NCBI GenBank assembly: GCA_043822925.1
Contig: JBDRBF010000026.1
Coordinates: 1-16,965, forward strand
Source of the DNA: a bacterium
GTDB lineage: Bacteria; Babelota; Babeliae; Babelales; RVW-14
DNA length: 16,965 nt
Direction: 5' to 3'
A program made the translations under genes and the position numbers. Under the pieces are notes generated by a model. It was not told the DNA's origin and searched no databases. It saw nothing but the letters and a program-made list of their open reading frames with translations. Of the stretch, positions 8,423 to 16,372 are shown one piece after another. Each line of letters starts with the position of its first letter. Within the stretch, counting starts at the first letter, position 1.

Positions 8423-8634
8423 AATGTTGTGAGATTAAAAAATATTGCGAGTTTATAATTTTTCGGTTGTTAACTTCGCAAGTTCGCTGCGTTCTGATTT
8501 TTCTAGAAACGCTGTCGCAACAATAGCATTATCTTTGAGCTTGTCAGATGTCACGGTCAGGCCGTTGCTGGTAAAATCAAGATAGGGCGAATCGATTTGG
8601 TACGGGTCTCCGGCCAGAATAACTTTGGTGCCTT
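8390..8634 (-). repeat. Direct repeat copy 1: last 59 codons of phoH, stop, 3' UTR and terminator (startless phoH fragment)
   Basis: 245 bp matching 9457-9702 with 7 substitutions and 1 indel. The phoH stop equivalent is at 8453-8455. Confidence 0.97.
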
Positions 8635-9010
8635 ATTTTATAACTTTGTTTTTAACGAAATTAGAAATTTTATTTGCCAAATCAATTGCTTCAATAAGAT
8701 CCTTTTGATTCACATGAAAAGAATCATTTGGGTATCGTGAATTGAAGCCATAAGGATCTAAGTATTGGCATGCTTTTTGAAGTAAAGCGAACTCCACATC
8801 AAGCTTTGTACAGCCATCCAAAAGCATGCTTAAATCGTGGGTCTTTGGAATTGCCTTTCCAAGAAAAACAAAAAATGTTTTAAGCGATTTTTCTGCACAT
8901 TGATGAGTAAGGTAGATTGCAGGATCGATTGTTTCGTCATCACATATTGATTTTGTAGCCAATTTCAAATCAGCCGATGCTTTTTGCTCCCAATCTTTAA
9001 TCCCTGGCAT
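8633..9010 (-). CDS. HEPN domain protein (toxin-type partner of an MNT-HEPN pair)
   Basis: Motifs W..KA.ADL, HQCAEKSLK, KTHDL and SRYP. Its start overlaps the end of the upstream MNT gene. Confidence 0.92.
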   Translation of the reverse strand: MPGIKDWEQKASADLKLATKSICDDETIDPAIYLTHQCAEKSLKTFFVFLGKAIPKTHDLSMLLDGCTKLDVEFALLQKACQYLDPYGFNSRYPNDSFHVNQKDLIEAIDLANKISNFVKNKVIK

Positions 9011-9317
9011 AAATAACCTTGCCTTTGGTTTTTATCTCATAGGTACTTGAGCTTGGATCTTGAGCATATTTATCAAATTCTTCTTTGGTAAAGACAATCA
9101 CATTTTTGGGAATTTTTAATCCTAGTAATACCTCAAAGGCTGTGTATCCCCTTTTGATAACTCTTTCGTTGGAAGATTCTACTATAATTAATATATCAAA
9201 TGTACTATCTTCGTTCTGGGTACCCAAAGCATAGTCGCCATATAAATAAATTTGCAATGGTTTGTAAGCTTTAACAAGCCGTTTTATAGCTTCATCAATA
9301 GTAGTTTTTGTTACCAT
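8997..9317 (-). CDS. Minimal nucleotidyltransferase (MNT) domain protein with a degenerate catalytic motif
   Basis: P..IYLYGxYA.G...EDSxxD pattern, C-terminal G.VIY, 106 aa, gaggg RBS, paired with HEPN. Confidence 0.9.
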   Translation of the reverse strand: MVTKTTIDEAIKRLVKAYKPLQIYLYGDYALGTQNEDSTFDILIIVESSNERVIKRGYTAFEVLLGLKIPKNVIVFTKEEFDKYAQDPSSSTYEIKTKGKVIYARD

Positions 9318-9456
9318 AAATCCCTCATTTTTTTATACGAAATAAACACTTTATGTCATAAGGTTACTTGCACTTGATTTATGCCCAAAGATGCCAGATT
9401 TCTGCATTAAAAGAAAGAGGGTTGAGGATTCTAAAATATTATAGGTTTAGTTAAGT

Positions 9457-9702
9457 AAGAGGGGCTCGGCCAGCCGAAGCCCCTCTTTGTAATGTTGTGA
9501 GATTAAAAAATATTGCGAGTTTATAATTTTTCGGTTGTTAACTTCGCAAGTTCGCTGCGTTCTGATTTTTCTAGAAACGCTGTCGCAACGATAGAATTAT
9601 CTTTAAGCTTGTCAGATGTTACGGTAAGCCCGTTACTGGTAAAATCAAGATAGGGCGAATCGATTTGGTACGGGTCTCCGGCCAGAATAACTTTGGTGCC
9701 TT
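9457..9702 (-). repeat. Direct repeat copy 2: the functional phoH 3' end plus a truncated, bulged terminator (9457-9487)
   Basis: 246 bp matching 8390-8634. The hairpin has an extra A (gccgaagcccc) and lacks the outer stem bases and tail. Confidence 0.97.
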
Positions 9703-11029
9703 CGCCCGCTCGGCTGACGAGTGTTTTTACTTCATGGGGGGTTAAGTTTTGGACTTCGTCTATAAACACAAACTGGTTTGGTATTGAGCGGCCACGCATG
9801 TATGTGATTGCTTCTAGGCTCAAGATCCCGCGTTGTTGGAGTTGTTCTATGCGTTTGTCTACGTTCATAAATTGAGGCTTGTGGTGATCATCTTTGTTCT
9901 TGTTTCGGTCTCGATCTCGTTGCCCATGTTGTTCTCCACCTCTATGATCATGTTTTTTTGAGCGGTGACGTGAGCGTTTTCTTTCTTCGTGCATGCCGGG
10001 AAAATCTCCATGTTCATGGTCTATTTGGCTTAAGATAAAATCAAGATTGTCTTGCACCGGTTGCATCCAGTAGTGTAATTTTGCTTGCAGGTCGCCAGGT
10101 AGGTAGCCAATATCGGCGCCAAGCGCGACAACCGGGCGAGCTACTAAGAATTTGCGATATGCTTTTTCTATCATTACTTTATATAAACCGGCCAGCAGTG
10201 TTAAAAAAGTTTTACCGGTTCCGGCTGGTCCAAGTAATGTTACCAGTTTTATGCTGTCATCCATGAGTAAATCAAGCGTCATAAGTTGTTGAATGTTTTT
10301 TGCGTGAAAACTATTCATGACGGTGATTGGGGGAATGTCTTTAAAATTTTGGCCGCCTAGATAGCGTACAAGGCGTGTGTTTTCAGGATTATTTTCACTT
10401 TCAAGAATTATAAATTCGTTTAAGCATAAGTCTTGGGGGTCTACGATTGAGCCAATTTTTTTGACTGACAGAGTCTTCATGTCTTGTGCTGGCAAAGCCA
10501 GGCGTCTCCAGCCTTTAAAGAAGTCGTCATAACTGACCAGGCCCTTGGTATAATCTTCCGTGTGTATGCCCATAACGTCTGCTTTGACGCGCATGTCTAT
10601 ATCTTTGGTGACCAGCGTGACGGTGCAGTTTTGTTGCATGAGGTCTTTGGCTGTTTGGATAATTAAGTTGTCTTTAGCGGCCAGCAGGTCTCCAGAAAAA
10701 TCGACATTTGTTGGTGTTGGAAATACTTTTATTATGGTTTCTTGTCCGTTAATTTGTACCGGTACCCCCTGTAATAAACTGCCTTTCTGGCGTAGTTCGT
10801 CTAGTTTACGAATAGATTCACGGGCGTTTCGGCTGCGTTCATCTGTGCCGCGTTTAAAAGAGTCCAGCTCTTCAAGCACAACAAACGGTATGCCAATAAC
10901 GACCCCTTTAAAGCTAAAAAAAGCATGGGGGTCGTGTAACAAAATATTTGTGTCTAAAATAAATATACGGTTAAGCCGTATTGGACAGTTTTGGTCTTTA
11001 TTTGTATCTAGGTCTGATTTGTTTGCCAT
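9521..11029 (-). CDS. phoH: PIN-PhoH fusion (PhoH2-like) ATPase
   Basis: N-terminal PIN domain (ILDTNILL, VLEELD, DNLI, VTKD). PhoH motifs GPAGTGKT, IGYLPG, YMRGRS, DEVQN and GDPYQID. aaaggag RBS. Confidence 0.95.
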   Translation of the reverse strand: MANKSDLDTNKDQNCPIRLNRIFILDTNILLHDPHAFFSFKGVVIGIPFVVLEELDSFKRGTDERSRNARESIRKLDELRQKGSLLQGVPVQINGQETIIKVFPTPTNVDFSGDLLAAKDNLIIQTAKDLMQQNCTVTLVTKDIDMRVKADVMGIHTEDYTKGLVSYDDFFKGWRRLALPAQDMKTLSVKKIGSIVDPQDLCLNEFIILESENNPENTRLVRYLGGQNFKDIPPITVMNSFHAKNIQQLMTLDLLMDDSIKLVTLLGPAGTGKTFLTLLAGLYKVMIEKAYRKFLVARPVVALGADIGYLPGDLQAKLHYWMQPVQDNLDFILSQIDHEHGDFPGMHEERKRSRHRSKKHDHRGGEQHGQRDRDRNKNKDDHHKPQFMNVDKRIEQLQQRGILSLEAITYMRGRSIPNQFVFIDEVQNLTPHEVKTLVSRAGEGTKVILAGDPYQIDSPYLDFTSNGLTVTSDKLKDNSIVATAFLEKSERSELAKLTTEKL

Positions 11030-11207
11030 AGATTCTCCTTTATGGTAAGGCGTTCTTTCAGACGCTAATCACGTCAAGGCGTGTTGGGGGCGCCGGACGC
11101 GAAACCTGTTTATTACCTATAATTTAGTTCGTTAGATTGAGAATAATAAAGAGATTTGTTAATCTGTCTGGATACGTACTTAAAATACGAGTACTTATAA
11201 AGTGGCT

Positions 11208-11236
11208 TGGATCCTGAAGCGAGTTCAGGATGACAA
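11208..11236 (+). repeat. Family A palindromic element in the phoH/thrS intergenic region
   Basis: tgg-atcctgaa-gcgag-ttcaggat-gacaa. Confidence 0.85.
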
Positions 11237-11281
11237 AGCTCAAGCGTCATAAGTGTTACTGGTGTCACAAGAAAGGTTTTT

Positions 11282-13000
11282 ATGGAAAAGCATGATAATT
11301 TGTACAAAATTCGTCATTCTGCAGCACATTTGCTTGCGCAGGCTGTTTTAGAATTATTTCCAAAAACTTTGACGACGATTGGACCTGTAACGGAAAATGG
11401 TTTTTTTTATGACTTTTTACCCGAGAAGAATTTTAAAGACCAAGATCTGGAACTTATAGAAAACAAAATGCACGAACTTGCCAAGAAAAATTATAAGATT
11501 ACCGGCAAGCAAATTTCAAAAAAAGAAGCGCTTGAATTTTTTAAAGATAATAAATTTAAGCTTGAGTTAATTAACGGGATACAAGACGAAACGGTCGGTG
11601 TGTTCTCTCAGGGTGATTTTCATGATTTATGTCAGGGGGATCACGCTCAGGCAACCGGAGAAATAAAGTTTTTTAAGCTTATGCATATTTCTGGTGCGTA
11701 TTGGCGTGCTGACCGCGAAGGCCAAGCTCTGCAACGTATTACTGGCGTTGCATTTGAAACACAAAAAGATTTTGATGAGTATCTTAAACATCTTGAAGAT
11801 ATTGCAGCGTATGATCATCGTAAACTAGGGCAACAATTAAACTTGTTTTCGTTTCATGATGAAGCGCCGGGTATGGCGTTTTTTCATAATAAAGGTCAAA
11901 TTTTATATAATAATTTAATTAACTTTACGCGTTCTTTACAAGAAGATTTATATCAAGAAGTGCGTACACCACTGATTATGAGCGAAGGTCTTTGGAAAAC
12001 GTCTGGACACTATGATAATTATAAAGACATGATGTATTTTGCCTCGACCGCTGATGGCAGCGTAAATTGCGTCAAGCCTATGAACTGTCCTGGCGGCGTT
12101 CTCATGTATAAAGAAGGTTTGCATTCATATCGTGATTTGCCGATGCGCATTGCTGAATTTGGTATGGTTCATAGATTTGAGCTTTCTGGTGTGCGTCACG
12201 GCTTGTTGCGCGTGCGACAATTTACACAAGACGATGCGCACATTTATTGTACTCCTGAGCAAACTGAACAAGAAGTTATTGGGTGCTTGGATTTAATTGA
12301 AAAAGTATATAAACCGTTTGGGTTTAATAAAATATCTATGGCAGTCTCGACAAAACCAGAAAAAGCTATGGGTACTGACGATATGTGGGAGCGCGCAACA
12401 GACGCTTTATGCAAAGCTCTCGAAAAACGAGAGATCCCGTATATTATACAGGCGGGCGAAGGCGCATTTTATGGTCCTAAAATAGAAGTGCGTGTTGAAG
12501 ATGCAATGGGACGTGAATGGCAAATGGGTACGGTTCAGGTAGATTTTAACTTGCCGGCAAGTTTTGAACTTGAGTATGTAGATGCTGATCAATCTCGTAA
12601 AACTCCCGTCATGATACATCGGGCAATTATGGGTTCGATCGAACGTTTTATGGGAATTATTATAGAGCACTTTAAGGGTAATTTGCCGTTTTGGATTGCT
12701 CCTGAGCAAGTGCGTATACTTAAGATTACTGATGAGCAGCAAAATTATGCACGTACTTTACAGGCTCGTTTGAAAAAAGCAGGAATACGTGTGACGCTTG
12801 ATGAATCTTCAGATCAAATTTCAGCGCAAATTAAGCGGGCACAGATGGCTAAGATTCCGTGGATGCTGGTTGTTGGCAAAAAAGAACAGGAACAAAATAC
12901 GATTACGTTACGTACGCTTGATGGTAAGCAGCAATTTGGTTTAACGCTGGATGTTATTCTCGAGCAAGCAGAGCAGTTGATTCGATCGGTTAATTCATGA
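11282..13000 (+). CDS. thrS: Threonyl-tRNA synthetase, short form starting at the editing domain (no TGS domain)
   Basis: Motifs RHSAAH, DLCQGDH, SGAYW, DHRKLG, KPMNCP, RVRQFTQDDAH, GEGAFYGPK and HRAIMGSIERF, plus the anticodon-binding C-terminus. Confidence 0.98.
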   Translation: MEKHDNLYKIRHSAAHLLAQAVLELFPKTLTTIGPVTENGFFYDFLPEKNFKDQDLELIENKMHELAKKNYKITGKQISKKEALEFFKDNKFKLELINGIQDETVGVFSQGDFHDLCQGDHAQATGEIKFFKLMHISGAYWRADREGQALQRITGVAFETQKDFDEYLKHLEDIAAYDHRKLGQQLNLFSFHDEAPGMAFFHNKGQILYNNLINFTRSLQEDLYQEVRTPLIMSEGLWKTSGHYDNYKDMMYFASTADGSVNCVKPMNCPGGVLMYKEGLHSYRDLPMRIAEFGMVHRFELSGVRHGLLRVRQFTQDDAHIYCTPEQTEQEVIGCLDLIEKVYKPFGFNKISMAVSTKPEKAMGTDDMWERATDALCKALEKREIPYIIQAGEGAFYGPKIEVRVEDAMGREWQMGTVQVDFNLPASFELEYVDADQSRKTPVMIHRAIMGSIERFMGIIIEHFKGNLPFWIAPEQVRILKITDEQQNYARTLQARLKKAGIRVTLDESSDQISAQIKRAQMAKIPWMLVVGKKEQEQNTITLRTLDGKQQFGLTLDVILEQAEQLIRSVNS

Positions 13001-14436
13001 ATAAGTATCCGTTGCCACGTATAATCACGCGAGCAGATAATAATGTGCTCAAGAGTTTGCAATCAGTTTCGTATGAACAACTTGAAGAAGAGACACAATC
13101 GTTTGTGCGGCAATCAGCTTTGCGTTTAAAAGCGGGGCATTGGTTGGATAATGTTAAGCCGGGTGCAAAATTTTTATCGGGCAAAGTTGGTGATTTTAAG
13201 ATTTTGGAAGAAGCTAATGCAAATTCGCTTTTTACGCCGTTTGTGGAAAAGCATATTTGTCCTCCAGGCTCACGAGTGTTTGTTATAGGCGATATTCATG
13301 GAGATATCGCCTCTTTAGCTTCTATTGTTGATTATTTGCATCATCAAGGCATTCTCGATGATGAATATCACATCGTTGAAGACGATTTTTATATGGTATT
13401 TTTGGGTGATTATGTTGACCGGTTGCCATATACGGTCGAAGTTATGATGTTAATATTTCACCTGCATAGCCAAAATATCGGCAAAGTTTTTGTGCTGCGT
13501 GGGAATCATGAATTTTCTGCATGTAATAGATATTTTTATGAAAAATTGCAGAAGCATGAGGCTGATGGTGGTGAGAGTATTATGGGGCAAGAGTCTTTCT
13601 TGGGCGAACTTGCATATCGATTTGATGTTTATTATTATCCCGATCTTTTATATTGGTATGATTATTTGCCGCTTGCCTGTTATTTGGGAACTGAGAATGA
13701 AAAAACGGGGCAAGTTGACGTTATTCAGTTTAGTCATGCTGGTATAGAAATGGGATTTAATCCTGGGCCGTTACTTGCTGATCCAGAAATTAATTATCAA
13801 AAATTGGTGCAGCTTGACCGGTATGGTGCTTTGCAAAAAGCTCTGGTAAGTGACCAATTAAAATCTGTCCGAGCAAGTATTTCCAATACGTTTGAGTATT
13901 TAACTAAAAATATAGAAAAAACGGCTTTTGGGCCTGTTTTAAATTCATACGTGAATACGGGTATTATTGAGCTTAAAGATCCCATGAGCCCTATACAGTT
14001 ACTTTTAGGCACTCAATGGAATGGCTTTTTAACAGAAGAAAATGATTTAGGTTTTGCGACATCTCTTTCTGGCTGCCCATTACTTTTTGGCAGGATTCTT
14101 ACTGAGTACTTCTTTCAGAATTTAGATGGCGCACCCAATGCTAAGATAGTTTCTATGATCCGTGGGCATCAGCACCGTAACGATCTTGATAAAAATATTG
14201 GCCTCGATAATAGGTTACTTGATTTATTACGTGAGCGCCGTGGCTGTGTGCGGCAATGGGACGGGTTATTGTATACGATGGGTGATAGCGGCATGAGGAC
14301 GGGATATCAATCGTTCTTATTACTTACGCTTGCTGAGCAAACAGAAAAATGGATGGTTGAGCATTATTCACGCTCGCCACATGAAGAACATTTTTCGGTA
14401 GAAACGTTTAAAATGTTTGCCCGTTTATCTGGTTAA
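12997..14436 (+). CDS. PPP-family (calcineurin-like) metallophosphoesterase / Ser-Thr phosphatase
   Basis: Motifs GDIHG, GDYVDR, LRGNHE, SHAG and IRGHQ. ATGA overlap with the thrS stop. Confidence 0.9.
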   Translation: MNKYPLPRIITRADNNVLKSLQSVSYEQLEEETQSFVRQSALRLKAGHWLDNVKPGAKFLSGKVGDFKILEEANANSLFTPFVEKHICPPGSRVFVIGDIHGDIASLASIVDYLHHQGILDDEYHIVEDDFYMVFLGDYVDRLPYTVEVMMLIFHLHSQNIGKVFVLRGNHEFSACNRYFYEKLQKHEADGGESIMGQESFLGELAYRFDVYYYPDLLYWYDYLPLACYLGTENEKTGQVDVIQFSHAGIEMGFNPGPLLADPEINYQKLVQLDRYGALQKALVSDQLKSVRASISNTFEYLTKNIEKTAFGPVLNSYVNTGIIELKDPMSPIQLLLGTQWNGFLTEENDLGFATSLSGCPLLFGRILTEYFFQNLDGAPNAKIVSMIRGHQHRNDLDKNIGLDNRLLDLLRERRGCVRQWDGLLYTMGDSGMRTGYQSFLLLTLAEQTEKWMVEHYSRSPHEEHFSVETFKMFARLSG

Positions 14437-14438
14437 TG

Positions 14439-14467
14439 TTGTCATCCCAGACTAGATTTGGGATCCA
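14439..14467 (-). repeat. Family A palindromic element, reverse orientation
   Basis: The reverse complement tggatcccaaatctagtctgggatgacaa has the same length and termini as 11208-11236, with compensatory stem changes. Confidence 0.8.
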
Positions 14468-14492
14468 AGTCCAAATAAAATTAAGGATCCAA

Positions 14493-14813
14493 ATGATTTC
14501 ACAAGAAATAATTTAAGAGGCGGTACGTCGCTTAGTCAGAGCGTATGACCCACTAGAAGTATATCTTTATGGTACTTACGCATGGGGAACTCCTAACGAA
14601 GATGATGATCTCAATTTGTTGCTCATTATTGAATCGTCGGATCAAAAAGTCTATGAAAGAGGCCATAAGGCATTCGATACTTTATTGGGATTAAAAATAC
14701 CTACGAATGTAATTGTTTTTACAAAACAAGAATTTGATACGTTCTCGCAAGACATAACATCATTAACCTATGAGGTAAAGAGTAAGGGAAAGATACTTTA
14801 TGCCAGGAGTTAA
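14493..14813 (+). pseudogene. MNT paralogue with a nonsense codon at codon 8
   Basis: ATG 14493 follows an aagga RBS and reads MISQEII*EAVRRLV..., with TAA at 14514-14516. It is colinear without gaps with the 8997-9317 MNT (about 62/106 identical by hand count). The track ORF 14616..14813 is its 3' part. Confidence 0.9.
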
Positions 14814-14841
14814 TGATTGGGTCAAAGTATTCTTTTCATAA
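14800..14841 (+). pseudogene. Truncated HEPN remnant
   Basis: MPGVNDWVKVFFS* versus intact MPGIKDWEQKAS..., with the same 14-nt overlap with the MNT end. Confidence 0.8.
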
Positions 14842-14970
14842 CAGTTTCTTACTTCAAATAAATGGTTTTCTTGATCTTCTTTTTGGTATTTTTTCATGCT
14901 ATAAAAATTACAGCGCAACATTCACCGTTATAGCTATTTTATCTTTAGATTACTTTTTTAAGGAACCCAG

Positions 14971-16356
14971 ATGAGAATCAAAAAAACTTCGTTTATCCTG
15001 AGCTCTTTTGCAATAGGTTTGGTTTGTGCTTTATTTGTGTATAGCAGCGTTTTCTCACTTAAAAGCAAGCTCGATAAATATATTAAAGCATATGTAGATT
15101 TGGAGAAATTTAGCGGTTCTGTTTTAGTCGCCAAAGATGGCAAGATAGTGTTGTGCAAAGGTTATGGCATGGCAAACTACGAACTTGATGTTCCCAATAC
15201 CCCTGAAACAATATTTAGATTAGGGTCAGTAACAAAACAGTTTACTGCAATGGCAATAATGCAGCTGCAAGAAAAGGGTTTATTAAGTGTTGAAGATACG
15301 CTATCAAAGTATATATCTGATTATCCCAATGGTGAGAATATAACCATTCACCAGTTACTAGCGCATACATCTGGGATTCCTGAAATTCTAAAGTTTCCAG
15401 AGTCCAAAAAAAAGAAAATAAAGCCACAGACACTTGAACAACTTATAGAAATATTCAAAAACAAACCGTTAGATTTTGAGCCAGGAGAAAAACATAGTTA
15501 CAGTAATTCAGGGTATATTTTATTAACGTACATTATTGAAAAAGTATCTGGGAAAAAATACGAAACTTTTTTGAAAGAAAATATTTTTGATCCGATTGGT
15601 ATGAAGAATACGGGATGTGATCAATTCAAGGCTATTATTAAAAATAGAGCATCTGGTTATACGCGGGATGGTGACCTGCTTGTTAATGCTGACTACATTG
15701 ACATGTCTTTTCCTGCTGGAGCTGGAGTTTTATATTCAAAACTTGAAGATTTGTTTCTTTGGAATCAGGCTCTGAACTCAGAAAAGTTATTATCACAAAA
15801 ATCACGTGATGCCATGTTTACGCCTCATGTAATCGTAAACACAAATGACCCAAAATCTTTGAGCTATGGATACGGCTTGCGTATGGGTAAAAAGCACAAT
15901 CGAAATGTTATTTTGCATACTGGCGGAATAGATGGCTTTGCTTCAATCTTTTGCAGATATCCTGATGATAACGTTTGTATAATTATTTTAAGTAATTTCG
16001 AGTTTTCGAACAAATCAAAAATAGCAGACGATCTTGCGGCGATTGTTTTTGGAGAAAAATATGAAATACCCAAAAAACGAATTGCTATCGATATAAATCC
16101 TGAAATTTATGATCACTATGTTGGCAAATATAAACTTAAAGAAGATCTTATTATTACTGTAATTAAAGAGAATAATAGACTTTTCGATCTACCAAAAGGA
16201 CAAAAGAAATACGAGCTATTGCCTGAAACAGAATCAGATTTTTTTCATAAGTTTGTTGATTCAAAAATATCTTTCGTCAAAGACAAAGATGGCAACGTTA
16301 CAAGATTAATAGTACGTGAAGATGGAAAAGATCAAGTTGCTGAAAAAATAGAATAA
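14971..16356 (+). CDS. Exported serine hydrolase, class C beta-lactamase/PBP-like, with a C-terminal DUF3471-like domain
   Basis: SxxK (SVTK), LLAHTSG, YxN (YSN) and HTGG motifs, a hydrophobic N-terminus, and a C-terminal YDHYVGKY...F beta domain. Confidence 0.93.
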   Translation: MRIKKTSFILSSFAIGLVCALFVYSSVFSLKSKLDKYIKAYVDLEKFSGSVLVAKDGKIVLCKGYGMANYELDVPNTPETIFRLGSVTKQFTAMAIMQLQEKGLLSVEDTLSKYISDYPNGENITIHQLLAHTSGIPEILKFPESKKKKIKPQTLEQLIEIFKNKPLDFEPGEKHSYSNSGYILLTYIIEKVSGKKYETFLKENIFDPIGMKNTGCDQFKAIIKNRASGYTRDGDLLVNADYIDMSFPAGAGVLYSKLEDLFLWNQALNSEKLLSQKSRDAMFTPHVIVNTNDPKSLSYGYGLRMGKKHNRNVILHTGGIDGFASIFCRYPDDNVCIIILSNFEFSNKSKIADDLAAIVFGEKYEIPKKRIAIDINPEIYDHYVGKYKLKEDLIITVIKENNRLFDLPKGQKKYELLPETESDFFHKFVDSKISFVKDKDGNVTRLIVREDGKDQVAEKIE

Positions 16357-16372
16357 AGAGGAGAAGGGCACC

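Noticed and set aside
8390-9702. Diversity-generating retroelement TR/VR pair
   Set aside because: Mismatches are not confined to adenines of either copy on either strand, they are mostly synonymous, and no reverse transcriptase is in the window.
11113-11307. 64-aa minus-strand ORF containing CHPELASGS
   Set aside because: That peptide is the translation of the family A palindrome. The ORF overlaps the thrS start antisense and has no other support.
14514-14516. Stop-codon reassignment explaining the TAA in the second MNT
   Set aside because: TAA ends most genes in the window and other genes have no internal stops, so a nonsense mutation or sequencing error is simpler.
269-16073. Remaining short antisense or overlapping ORFs in the track
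   Set aside because: They are shadows of well-supported genes and lack motifs or RBS support.
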